From IMG/VR virus record IMGVR_UViG_3300031992_000091, positions 1,086 through 65,085 of that record: 64,000 nt of DNA. The stretch is one strand, 5' to 3'. Positions 1 to 8,969 of this stretch are shown in pieces. Made by a program: the position numbers and the translations under genes. Under the pieces are notes generated by a model. The model saw only the letters and a program-made list of their open reading frames with translations. It did not search any database and had not been told where the DNA came from. Numbering within the stretch: position 1 is the first letter of the stretch; each line of letters begins with the position of its first letter. Origin of the DNA: a virus (taxonomy: Duplodnaviria > Caudoviricetes).

Positions 1-2048
1 GGAGGCGCTGTCTTATAGCTAAGAGATCCATCTTCATTAATGATTGGATTTCCTCTTCGCTTGTCCACATAGACAGGGCTCTTTGCCCTAGAGATAAGGG
101 TCGATGCTCCGCCTAGCTCCTTCCCGTTCTCATCTACCCTCCTCTGATAAGAACGTTTTAATTCTGCTATACCATTCTCTTTCTCACTTCTTTTGTAATC
201 AAGATCATGTTTAACAGCATCAATGACCACCATACTATGGCGTACTGCTCTAGCAAGTTCTGAATCAGTAGCACCCCTCAACGTCATGTCTGTAATAAGG
301 TTGGATACAACACCCATCTGCTGCTGCTTGTATCCCTCACTCATTCTCTTATAGTTCTTACCTGCACTACCAGGACTGTCGGGACCGTACTCTGCAGTAG
401 GATCGAATCCCTCGAGACCTTTCAATGGGCTAGTAGATTTAACCTGAGATTTAGGACCAATAGGGATAACCATTACGGTATCACCATCAAAGTCAGCACC
501 AGAAAGTCTTGATGCTACATTAGCATTGATACCGACAGCATCCTTTGCACTAGTACCAATAACCTTTCTGCCTTCCTGGTTCTTATTGTTTACAGTAACA
601 ATGGGGATCTCAAACGTACCGCCATGAGGGTATCTAATGAGAGCTACCTTTTCACCATTCTTATAGTTGGGAGCATAGACTTCATTGTCTTTCATACTCA
701 TCAATGGAAGGATGACCTGATACTTCTGTCTAGGAAGAGCTGCTGCCTGAAGATGCACCGCTGCTGAATCACAGTCTTCTGCAAATGATCTGAGAAGTTC
801 CCTTTTGACAGTCTTGTTTGTAAGACCCATGATGTCATCGAACTCGGCCTTACGATCGCTCATAGTCAGATTGAGCTGCTGATTGATCAGCTTCATGGGC
901 TGCTTACTAAGAAACTGCGAAGGAAGTTTGTCACTGTAATCAGCCCAATCACCTTCTTCAGCACGCTTGTTGATCAATCCAAGTTTCTTATTACCGTGTT
1001 CATCCTCATAGTAATACTGGCCGCCACGTTCCTTAATCAGTGAACCAAATGGATTCTCTCTATCAGGTTTGATCTGCTTAAGAACCTTCTCCATAGGAGT
1101 GCCGGCTTTCTTATTGGTGTTAAATATTACATCGACACCATCAGGCATGTTGTCTCCATAGACAGCCATACCTTTCAGATAGTGTGTTCCGTCAACCATG
1201 ATGCGAACCTGAGCATAGTTGGCTTCACCAAGGTCAAGATCTTTGCAGCCTCTTCGAAGCTCAATGACACCATCTTTCATAGCGCCACCTTCAGGATCGT
1301 CTGCATATCTGATCATAAGTCTTTTAGAATCAAGACTCTCAGGATACTTGAAAGCGGGCTCAATTTTGTTTCCATTATCGACAAGAATCTTGTCAGACTC
1401 TTCAATAGAATGAATATCAAGAGAATAAATGTCCTTGTGTTCTGTGCCAGGAGGGCAAAGAACCTTAAGGACAGTTCTCTTACCAGGATTGGTTACCTGC
1501 TCTACAGATCCGCCATAAACCGGATAGCCTTCGAGCTGCAGCCTGTATAATGCTTCATCAAACTTAACTCTTGATACACCAGCAAACCTTTCCTGACCAG
1601 CACCAACGTCAAGCATACCCTTCTCATCAACGATCTGCTTAAGAAAATCAGCAGTAACCTTAGACTGATTCATTCTTGACTCAGCATTCTCGTTAAGAAG
1701 AGCTCGGACGGACGAGTCATTCTTATAACCCATCTTCCTTGCTATCTCATTAAGAGAGTTGCCTTCTTCTCTGAGGCGTCTTGCTGTTGCTACATTCACA
1801 GATCTACGTTCTTCATTAGCAATTGCTATCTGAACGCGAAACTGTGTGGTAGAAAGATTAAGATTCCTTGCAATATCAGTATCGCTCAATCCTTTACGTC
1901 TGAGATCTTCTACTCTGCTTATGAAATCGCCACTATGCTGGTTAGGGTTCTTACCGCTTCCAAGCGGGTATCTTCCCGATCCTCTGCCAGGAGAGCCGTC
2001 CAACTTACCAACACCGTAATGCATCAAAAAGTCTTCGTTGTGACTCAT
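1..2048 (-). CDS. Single-polypeptide two-barrel (DPBB) RNA polymerase, YonO/cellular-RdRP-like; 3' end lies beyond the window edge
   Basis: Absent from the ORF track because it has no stop in the window. ATG at 2048 overlaps the upstream TGA. Hand translation begins MSHNEDFLMHYGVGKLDGSPGRGSGRYPLGSG. It contains AQVRIMVDGTHYLKG (~1165-1215), LIRYPHGG (RYPH at 624-635) and SRLSGADFDGDT (GADFDGD at 480-500), the Mg-binding DxDGD motif of two-barrel polymerases. Confidence 0.85.
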   Translation of the reverse strand, partial: MSHNEDFLMHYGVGKLDGSPGRGSGRYPLGSGKNPNQHSGDFISRVEDLRRKGLSDTDIARNLNLSTTQFRVQIAIANEERRSVNVATARRLREEGNSLNEIARKMGYKNDSSVRALLNENAESRMNQSKVTADFLKQIVDEKGMLDVGAGQERFAGVSRVKFDEALYRLQLEGYPVYGGSVEQVTNPGKRTVLKVLCPPGTEHKDIYSLDIHSIEESDKILVDNGNKIEPAFKYPESLDSKRLMIRYADDPEGGAMKDGVIELRRGCKDLDLGEANYAQVRIMVDGTHYLKGMAVYGDNMPDGVDVIFNTNKKAGTPMEKVLKQIKPDRENPFGSLIKERGGQYYYEDEHGNKKLGLINKRAEEGDWADYSDKLPSQFLSKQPMKLINQQLNLTMSDRKAEFDDIMGLTNKTVKRELLRSFAEDCDSAAVHLQAAALPRQKYQVILPLMSMKDNEVYAPNYKNGEKVALIRYPHGGTFEIPIVTVNNKNQEGRKVIGTSAKDAVGINANVASRLSGADFDGDTVMVIPIGPKSQVKSTSPLKGLEGFDPTAEYGPDSPGSAGKNYKRMSEGYKQQQMGVVSNLITDMTLRGATDSELARAVRHSMVVIDAVKHDLDYKRSEKENGIAELKRSYQRRVDENGKELGGASTLISRAKSPVYVDKRRGNPIINEDGSLSYKTAP

Positions 2049-2614
2049 TGTTCTTCCTCCCTACGAATATCCATAATTATTCGGTCAAAAGTGATAATCT
2101 TATCCATTACAGGAGCAATGTCCTCCACACCAGGATTGGAAATCAAAATATCATCGGACTGATACAGACGAAGCTCATACTCGATGTCGCCTGGCTTGAA
2201 GTTGTATTCAAGACAAAATAAAGCCGCATAGACGATCAGCTGTTCCATGTGGGCAGGTGTCACACCAGTCTTAAGATCGTGTATGCGGAGAAATCCTTTT
2301 GCATCATTGAACGCAATGGTATCTGCAGTACCGAAACAGTTTGGTGAATAATATAAAATCTGTTCCGGTGTCATCCTGTAGCCGATTGCGTCGTTGACAT
2401 ACATGTTCAACGTTTTTCTCGACTTTGGAAGTTTTTGTCTAAGCTTAATGCACTGAGCAGCGAACGCATGTAACTCTGTTCCCTTCTGAGCCGCAAGAGC
2501 TCTTTTATACGCTTCAGCAACTTTAGCTTCATCATAAAATATCCAGTGATACTTACTGGCTCCAAGAAAGGCGTGTTGCCCGCCTTCAAGATTCGAATGC
2601 CTGTTGAAGTTCAC
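2045..2614 (-). CDS. PD-(D/E)XK nuclease (Cas4/DUF2800-like phage exonuclease)
   Basis: GTELH, FGTADTIAF, IHDLKTG and QLIVYA motifs. Confidence 0.7.
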   Translation of the reverse strand: MNFNRHSNLEGGQHAFLGASKYHWIFYDEAKVAEAYKRALAAQKGTELHAFAAQCIKLRQKLPKSRKTLNMYVNDAIGYRMTPEQILYYSPNCFGTADTIAFNDAKGFLRIHDLKTGVTPAHMEQLIVYAALFCLEYNFKPGDIEYELRLYQSDDILISNPGVEDIAPVMDKIITFDRIIMDIRREEEQ

Positions 2615-2891
2615 TCATAACCTCCTCTCTATTTTCTGGATAGATAAACCTTGAGAATGACATGTCGTTCATTCGGTCAACGTAAATATCTTGGTTTGGT
2701 CGTTTGTTGTTTCGATAATCTCTTTCGCTCTTCTTACATTCCAAGGTAGCCCATTTGTCTCCGTACAATATCAATAGATCCGGAATGCCTTGAATGTGTG
2801 ATGAGTCAAGCTTGGTCACAATAGATCCTGGAAATTGTTGTTCAATATCCTTGATCAATTTTGCTTGAAAGTCACTCTCTCTTCTTCCCAC
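2586..2891 (-). CDS. VRR-NUC domain nuclease
   Basis: ESDFQ...GIPDLLIL...LECKK...Q pattern; GTG start with AGGAG RBS. Confidence 0.8.
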   Translation of the reverse strand: MGRRESDFQAKLIKDIEQQFPGSIVTKLDSSHIQGIPDLLILYGDKWATLECKKSERDYRNNKRPNQDIYVDRMNDMSFSRFIYPENREEVMSELQQAFES

Positions 2892-2969
2892 TCGATACTC
2901 CTTTCTAAATATCCAGAAAAAGAAAAAGGGTTAGGAATTGCTAAAGTCGCAATATATACCTCTTCCCTC

Positions 2970-2995
2970 TCATAAAAGGACCTGAAAATTTTGCG
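2970..2995 (-). promoter_or_regulatory. Phage promoter motif copy P1
   Basis: CGCAAAATTTTCAGGTCCTTTTATGA, identical to the copy at 61889-61914. It lies upstream of the nuclease-nuclease-RNAP operon. Confidence 0.75.
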
Positions 2996-3067
2996 AAGTA
3001 AAAAAGAGCAAAAGAAAAGGCCCTACCGATCTGGTAGAGCCCAAAATGAGTCTGAGAATGGCAATTA

Positions 3068-3427
3068 GTTTTTAGATATCTATTTATTAGCTCTGGCCAA
3101 AAACCCACTTTTTTTTGTAAACTAATATATATTATTATTTTTTTTTATCGCGTATTAACTCTAAATAAAAGTGGGTTTTTGGCCATAAGAGGTTTTTAGA
3201 TATCTAAAAACTAGTAAATCGATATCTAAAAACCCAATTTCGTGGCCATTTTCAAAGTGGGCAAAAGTGGCCATTGGCCACAAAAGTGGGCAGAACAGAG
3301 GGTTTTTAGATATCTATTTACTATTTTCGTTCTTCCGTAAAATTCAATGGTCAAAAAGTTTTGGCCAAAGCCCATTTTTGACCGACAAAAGTGGGCAGAA
3401 AAGAGGGGTTTTTAGATATCGATTTAC
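3068..3427. repeat. Non-coding palindrome/iteron cluster, probable replication origin or RHH-binding region
   Basis: Five GATATC-centred boxes: 3068-3082, the perfect palindrome GTTTTTAGATATCTAAAAAC at 3192-3211, 3214-3235, 3300-3321 and 3406-3427. A 19-bp inverted repeat TGGCCAAAAACCCACTTTT (3094-3112 / 3167-3185) flanks an AT-rich spacer. AAAAGTGGG boxes recur. Confidence 0.7.
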
Positions 3428-3600
3428 TCGTCCAAAAATAACCATAAACGCTCTCTAATGAGCCTCGTAATAGGAATTTTTCTCATCCCGGCAGCCTCTT
3501 TCAGACGTTCGTACTCGCTTTCAGAGACTCGAAAAGGTATCAAATGATCCCTCTTCTCAGAGTCGTTTTTCCTTGGTCTTCCGCCTATGTTTTTCTTCAC
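3424..3600 (-). CDS. Ribbon-helix-helix (CopG/MobC-like) DNA-binding protein, 58 aa
   Basis: Below the ORF-track cutoff. GAGGAGG RBS and GTG start. VKKNIGGRPRKNDSEKRDHLIPFRVSESEYERLKEAAGMRKIPITRLIRERLWLFLDE fits the strand-helix-helix RHH pattern. Confidence 0.65.
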   Translation of the reverse strand: MKKNIGGRPRKNDSEKRDHLIPFRVSESEYERLKEAAGMRKIPITRLIRERLWLFLDE

Positions 3601-3623
3601 ACCAATCCTCCTCAGAATATCAA

Positions 3624-5291
3624 TCAGAGTTCGAACGTCTTAATATGTCCAGTCTTAGAACCCTTGACCTCCATCTTCTTGCCACGAATATCCATGTAGA
3701 TTTCGCCATCTTTGTAGTTCGTAGCAACAATAGCACCACGATCACGGAAGACGTTGTAAGTAGATTTACGGCCACTTCCATTCTCAGAACCATGGTAGTT
3801 ACAGAAAGCAAGAATACATTTGACAGCATCAACGTAATCCTTTGTGATACCATCACGATCGCCATGCCAACGAATCTTCATAACATGACACATGATCTCC
3901 TCAATACGATCCTTGAAAGCCTCAAGCATCTGTCTCTGAGCTTCAACCTGAGCGTCACCACCCATATCAAATATCCATGTACCGTCCACCACAATGTGAT
4001 AGATCATGGACATGTTGTTAATGAAGTGATGTCCTTCTTTTTCCTTCAGCTTCTTAGCGTCAGCCTGGAAGATAGCCTTACACTCAAAGCATCCGATCTT
4101 GATGACGTCTCCAACACTGACGTAAGAATATCCAACACCATGAGCAAGGCATTTAGCAGCTTGTCTGGCAATTCTGTTAGCATATTCAGGCTGATAACGT
4201 CTAACACCGGTTTGATCAGGGAAGTAGACATGACCGACTTCGAACTCATCAAGGATTGCTTTCTTCTCGTCATTGTTCAAATATCCATAATGATCAGAAT
4301 GATCGTGTGAGATGATAACAGCATCGATCTTCTTAACACCGGCAGCCTTCAGTTTCTTGATTGTATCAGTGTGGTTCATTCCGGTATCGACCAGAATGAC
4401 ATGTTTAATAGTCTTGTTATCAGACTCGTACTGGATAAATGCTGTGGCATCACCGTACTTTTCATGATCGCTTTCCCAGAAACGTATCGCCCATACCCTA
4501 ACATAGGGAGGCAAGTCACCCTCCTTTCCTGGTTCAGACGGGTATTTGGGTCTGATTCTACCTTTGATAGGCTTGAAACTCTTACGATAACGTTTGTGAA
4601 CACCGCCATTGTAGTTGCCTGAGATGAAATAATGACCGCCAAGAGCGAATTCAGAATGATTCGGATTACCTTTTTCGTCCTGATAGATGACAATATCACC
4701 AAATTTCAGATCGTCAGATCCAGATTTCCAAGTTCCTTTCTCATTAGCCTTGTCCATAAGGATTTTAGCGCGCTTTCCATAGCCGATAAGATCCAAATAT
4801 CCAGCCTGATAGAAGATAAGATCCAGAAATGCTGTGCACCAGGAGTCTGTCTTGCTCATTTTGGAGTGATTTGTGCCGTGTTTAGCGTTAAAAACATCAA
4901 TGAAGGCATTATAGTTCTTTATGAAGTCGCTGTGAGCCGTTTCAGAATCGATGTAAGGCTTCATCAGATCATAAACTTTCTCAGCTCCATACTTCTCAGC
5001 AGGCTTTTTGTCATGTTCTCCAGGCACTGTGACCATGATTGCCTTAAGAAAAGTGTTTTTATAAGACTTATATGGGTCTTTTAAGTGCAATCCGGCATTA
5101 TGAATATCTTTCAATCGCTTTTCTGCGTTAGATTTGATAGAAAAAGCACCTGATTGGACCTTCCATAATCCATTTATCTGAATTACAGCAGCAGGAAACT
5201 TTTGTGCTCTCACTACAGCGGCAGTTTTTTCAGCATTTGGCCTGTTTTTATACGCTCCAAGCTGAATTTTATACAGAGTTTTTGTGGCCAT
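3624..5291 (-). CDS. Cell-wall hydrolase: SPOR + CHAP-like amidase + metallo-beta-lactamase-fold (ComEC/Pce-like) domain
   Basis: YKIQLGAYK/WKVQSGAFS SPOR half-repeats; SWCTAF...GDIVIY...HSEF...ISGN CHAP-like Cys/His; LVDTG...IISHDHSDH...GGDA...WHG MBL motifs. Confidence 0.75.
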   Translation of the reverse strand: MATKTLYKIQLGAYKNRPNAEKTAAVVRAQKFPAAVIQINGLWKVQSGAFSIKSNAEKRLKDIHNAGLHLKDPYKSYKNTFLKAIMVTVPGEHDKKPAEKYGAEKVYDLMKPYIDSETAHSDFIKNYNAFIDVFNAKHGTNHSKMSKTDSWCTAFLDLIFYQAGYLDLIGYGKRAKILMDKANEKGTWKSGSDDLKFGDIVIYQDEKGNPNHSEFALGGHYFISGNYNGGVHKRYRKSFKPIKGRIRPKYPSEPGKEGDLPPYVRVWAIRFWESDHEKYGDATAFIQYESDNKTIKHVILVDTGMNHTDTIKKLKAAGVKKIDAVIISHDHSDHYGYLNNDEKKAILDEFEVGHVYFPDQTGVRRYQPEYANRIARQAAKCLAHGVGYSYVSVGDVIKIGCFECKAIFQADAKKLKEKEGHHFINNMSMIYHIVVDGTWIFDMGGDAQVEAQRQMLEAFKDRIEEIMCHVMKIRWHGDRDGITKDYVDAVKCILAFCNYHGSENGSGRKSTYNVFRDRGAIVATNYKDGEIYMDIRGKKMEVKGSKTGHIKTFEL

Positions 5292-5445
5292 GTCGTAAAT
5301 TCCTCATTTTTTCAACTAAAAAGTCAACTAAAAAGTTAGCAAAAAAACAAATGGCACAACCAATTACGATTGCGCCTCCGATGTAAACAAACGATACGAG
5401 TATAATAAGCCCGTAAAATGTCAATAAAGTGCCTAATGTAACCAT
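5269..5445 (-). CDS. Small hydrophobic membrane protein (58 aa), possible holin
   Basis: GAGGT RBS and ATG. MVTLGTLLTFYGLIILVSFVYIGGAIVIGCAICFFANFLVDFLVEKMRNLRHGHKNSV lies between the two lysin genes. Confidence 0.55.
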   Translation of the reverse strand: MVTLGTLLTFYGLIILVSFVYIGGAIVIGCAICFFANFLVDFLVEKMRNLRHGHKNSV

Positions 5446-5447
5446 AC

Positions 5448-6815
5448 TTACCTCGACTTAATAAGAATGTTGAACCCGGATTTCCTGGCTCGTGCAGCCT
5501 CAGCATTCAGCAGATCTGTTACACCGTCATAATACTGACTGCGGACACGATAATATCCATCAAATTTCTCGATCTCAGCCTCAAGACCCTTGTTTTTGAC
5601 CTCGTACAGCCTCTTTTTGGCGTTATTTTTGCTGCTGAAAGCGCCGTACTGAATATAATAATTAAGCTCAGCGATGTTTACAGCCTTGGAATTGGCCGAA
5701 AACTTGTCGTAGAACTCCTTACCAGCGCTTGTACGAGCGTTCAGAGCCTTTGTAATACCGGATTTATCGTTATTTACGACCACAGCAGGCCTCTCATACT
5801 CCCTCAGAACGACGTTTGACGCCTCTTTGATGGAGTTTGCCTTGCTGAGAACCTTCATGACATGACTGTAGGCCCCCAGCTCCTCCCAAAGGAAGTCAAG
5901 CTGCATCTTCAGATCATCGATAGAGACCATTCTCTTCTCTGCAAAATATAAAAGCGCCTGCTTACGGCTCCACCAAGTCCACTGTGCAAGACCATAACCA
6001 GCCTTGTCATGGATGAAATTGGCGTATGTGCCATCGTTGACAGCCTTGGTGTAGCTCTTGTCAGTCCAGCCTTCCTTGATCTCGAAGGAGTTCTGAAGGT
6101 TGTTTGGTCTCAAAGCGGATTCACACTGCAGATTACCCATGAGACCAGCAACAGCATAGTCGTTCAAGCCTTTCTTGCTGAGATAATTCCAGATGAAGTA
6201 AGCGCGATCGTCTTCTGTAGGAATATCAATACCGGTCTTAGGGTGCTCGGCGATCTTGTTCTCATTCGGAAGGACTGTCTTACTGAGCTTAGCGTTCACT
6301 TCATCGGCAAACTTACCAAGACGGTTGTACAGCCAGTCGCCAGGGCAAGCCTTAGCAGCAAACCACCTGTGTACGGTGATCACCATCTCGTTGGACTTAG
6401 GCTTGTAGTTCAGCGTGGTCTTCTTGTCGTTAAACCACAGCATTTTGTTCTTGCCATATCGCTGGCAAACATCCACACCAAGAGCGACCAGAGCGTCCCA
6501 GACCTGCTGATTCATTGCGTACGGATGCTTGGTATCGGATGCACACTCGACGGTGATGGCACGGTTGTCGTTCCACGCAGAACTAGTACACCACGATCTG
6601 TCTTCTTCATCCACATAGCCGGCGATCACACCAGCAGTGCCGATGCCATAGTTGGATGAAGCCTGATAAGACGACTTAGCAAAGAGCTCACCACAACGCT
6701 TGGCAGACAGCTGTCCGACCATGCAGTGAGGCGTGAAGTAGATCACTTTCTCAGTTCTCTGCTTGTTACGATTGGGCGACGGAATAAATACAGTTGCAAG
6801 TTTCGAAAAGGACAT
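5448..6815 (-). CDS. Endolysin: Amidase_2 + phage-tail-lysozyme-like domain + SPOR
   Basis: TPHCMVG...SSNYGIG...ITVECA...HRWFAAKACPG (Zn amidase); AGLMGNLQCES...GYGLAQWT...QLDFL...YERP (lysozyme-like); C-terminal YYIQYGAFS SPOR. Confidence 0.85.
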   Translation of the reverse strand: MSFSKLATVFIPSPNRNKQRTEKVIYFTPHCMVGQLSAKRCGELFAKSSYQASSNYGIGTAGVIAGYVDEEDRSWCTSSAWNDNRAITVECASDTKHPYAMNQQVWDALVALGVDVCQRYGKNKMLWFNDKKTTLNYKPKSNEMVITVHRWFAAKACPGDWLYNRLGKFADEVNAKLSKTVLPNENKIAEHPKTGIDIPTEDDRAYFIWNYLSKKGLNDYAVAGLMGNLQCESALRPNNLQNSFEIKEGWTDKSYTKAVNDGTYANFIHDKAGYGLAQWTWWSRKQALLYFAEKRMVSIDDLKMQLDFLWEELGAYSHVMKVLSKANSIKEASNVVLREYERPAVVVNNDKSGITKALNARTSAGKEFYDKFSANSKAVNIAELNYYIQYGAFSSKNNAKKRLYEVKNKGLEAEIEKFDGYYRVRSQYYDGVTDLLNAEAARARKSGFNILIKSR

Positions 6816-6901
6816 ATCTTTCCCTCCAAAAATATAAAAAGGAAGAGAGCCTGCAAAGCTAGCAGACCCTCTTCAACAACGGTAACTTATTTAAATATCA
6901 A

Positions 6902-6973
6902 TCAGTTCCAACTTCCAAGTATGATGCCGACCAGAACACCAGCAAAAAACGCTATACAGTAGTTCACAATCAT
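6902..6973 (-). CDS. 23-aa hydrophobic peptide
   Basis: AAGGAG RBS; MIVNYCIAFFAGVLVGIILGSWN; followed by a terminator-like hairpin. Confidence 0.45.
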   Translation of the reverse strand: MIVNYCIAFFAGVLVGIILGSWN

Positions 6974-6985
6974 ATTGTCTCCTTA

Positions 6986-8536
6986 TTATTTCTTGTCTTT
7001 CCAGATCTTTCGAAGATCTTCTTCATCACAGATAATGATCTTGCCTCCGTTATACCTCACATTTCCGATATGTGAAGTACCTATAGCATGGTTCTTCGGA
7101 TCAAACATACGAACAATTGTTTCTTCTTTCTCATCAGGCCCGATATACATGTAGTCGTAATCACGCCAAGGAACTCTCACAGCATCGCCATACTCGAGTT
7201 TATGCCCCTCCTCGAGCTTAATACCGAAAGCCTTTTCTACAAGATCCCTGTTGACTTCGACATTTGCTTCAAGAGTGCATTCCCAGGCATTACGAGGAAT
7301 GTTTTCTTTGATCTTGATATCAGCATCCCGCACGGCTTTACAGAAATTCTCACAAGCTTTAGAGATTGCCTTGTTGACTCCTTCCATGGTCGTAGAGTCA
7401 AAGAGTTTACCATTCTTCAGTGCCTTCTCGTAATATCTTTTTATGTCTTTATCCGGGATGATTTTAATATCGTAAGGAGCAGCCTTTCTGAAAGAATATC
7501 CGCAGCCACATTTGTATTCGTTGGACTCAAGCGGGCATCCCTCACAGACTCGTCCATAACAGAAATCAGCCAACCAATCTCTCATACGATCGGTTTCTTT
7601 CTGTTCCTGCCATTTCTTATAAATATCAAGGAAGTCTTCTAGATCCATGCCTATGACGTCTTCCATACTTTTACACTCGACGTCAAACTCATTGGGCTGA
7701 GAGTCATTCACATTCTGCAGCATATCCCAGAGATCGGTCTGACCCTGCTCATAAAGCCTCTTGTTCTCGATGGTGAGCTTCTGATACTGCGATGTAAGTT
7801 CGTCAAGCTGCTTTTTCAATTCATCGATCTGAGTAGTAGCTTCGAGGTGTTTTTTAGTCCATGCGTCGAGCTCTTCTTCTCTGGCTTTGAGTTTTTTCAG
7901 CAGTTCCGCTATCCTGGCCTGTTTCTCACCATTGTTCCGCATCCAAATATCACGATCTTCCTTAAGCTGCTCGACCTCGTCTTCAGCGCAATGAGCTCTG
8001 CTCTGCAAATTACCGACCTCTTTCTTAAGCTGCTCGACCTGATCCGCCAGACTGTCAGCACGCTTTAACTGTTCAAGTTTCTGTTTCTCTTCGTGCTTAG
8101 CTCTGCTACGCCAATCATCTCTGCTCTTCGTAAAGTATTTCAGCTGATTTTTAGCATCATCGAGATCTTTCTTAAGCATATCACGCTGGGATTTCAGAAT
8201 ATCAGCGCGCTTTTCCTGTTCGGTCTTCTCATCCTCAAGGTTAATCATCTGACTATGAAGTTTACCGATAACTTTTACATCAGATTCGTGGTCTTTCTCA
8301 AGCTGCTTGATCCGGTTTTTAAGATCGCGGTTCTTACTGCACAGATCAAGATTTGCACCCAGAAGAGTTCCGTTAGATTTCTCCAAAATGTCATTGGTGT
8401 TCTGAAGGTTTCCAATGCAATCGTCACATTCTTTGAACGCTTTATCGATCGGAGAATCCGCATATGGTGAAAAAGTAAAGGTGCCGTTTACAATCGTTTC
8501 GTACAGTTCCTGCAAAGCTTCGTTCTTAAGTTTCAT
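6986..8536 (-). CDS. Hypothetical protein with a long coiled coil and a Cys-rich segment
   Basis: Heptad-rich residues ~50-265; CYGRVCEGC...CGC; AAGGAG RBS. Confidence 0.7.
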   Translation of the reverse strand: MKLKNEALQELYETIVNGTFTFSPYADSPIDKAFKECDDCIGNLQNTNDILEKSNGTLLGANLDLCSKNRDLKNRIKQLEKDHESDVKVIGKLHSQMINLEDEKTEQEKRADILKSQRDMLKKDLDDAKNQLKYFTKSRDDWRSRAKHEEKQKLEQLKRADSLADQVEQLKKEVGNLQSRAHCAEDEVEQLKEDRDIWMRNNGEKQARIAELLKKLKAREEELDAWTKKHLEATTQIDELKKQLDELTSQYQKLTIENKRLYEQGQTDLWDMLQNVNDSQPNEFDVECKSMEDVIGMDLEDFLDIYKKWQEQKETDRMRDWLADFCYGRVCEGCPLESNEYKCGCGYSFRKAAPYDIKIIPDKDIKRYYEKALKNGKLFDSTTMEGVNKAISKACENFCKAVRDADIKIKENIPRNAWECTLEANVEVNRDLVEKAFGIKLEEGHKLEYGDAVRVPWRDYDYMYIGPDEKEETIVRMFDPKNHAIGTSHIGNVRYNGGKIIICDEEDLRKIWKDKK

Positions 8537-8538
8537 AG

Positions 8539-8898
8539 TTATTCTCCTTTCTGAATATCAATGTTGACAATCTTATCCTGTTTAGCCAGATCTTTGAGCA
8601 TACGGTTGATCCAGCCAAATACCATAGACGTTTCCTGGTCATTCAGATTGTGGTCAACACTGAGGTTGTCATAGAAGTTTCCGTTCCAAGCCTCAATATC
8701 GCTGACTCGAACCGCCGGCTCTTCCTCAGTCGCCTCAGTGCTAGGCATGGTATTGCGATCATGTCTAGCGTTCTCAAGAGTGGAATCGATCATCTCGAGT
8801 TTTCTCCCGAGATAGTTGACGTTACGGTTAATAATTTTGAGATTTGTAGAAATATCCTTTAATGCTGCAATCATTTCCCTACTCTGATGATCTGTCAT
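8539..8898 (-). CDS. Hypothetical protein
   Basis: ORF with AAGGAGG RBS, co-oriented with its neighbours. Confidence 0.65.
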   Translation of the reverse strand: MTDHQSREMIAALKDISTNLKIINRNVNYLGRKLEMIDSTLENARHDRNTMPSTEATEEEPAVRVSDIEAWNGNFYDNLSVDHNLNDQETSMVFGWINRMLKDLAKQDKIVNIDIQKGE

Positions 8899-8969
8899 AA
8901 ATCCTCCTTAAATATCAAAAACAAAAGGGCCCACGCTCTTTTCGAGTGTGAACCCCGTGTTTATAGTTC

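Noticed and set aside
2045-2614. Cas4 as part of a CRISPR adaptation module
   Set aside because: It lacks the four-cysteine Fe-S cluster and has no cas context; it is a generic phage PD-(D/E)XK nuclease.
5312-5335. Tandem TCAACTAAAAAG repeat as a second att arm, and TTGACA...TATACT at 5397-5424 as a sigma-A promoter
   Set aside because: The repeat simply encodes FLVDFLVE in the 58-aa membrane ORF, and the -35/-10 spacing is only 14 nt.
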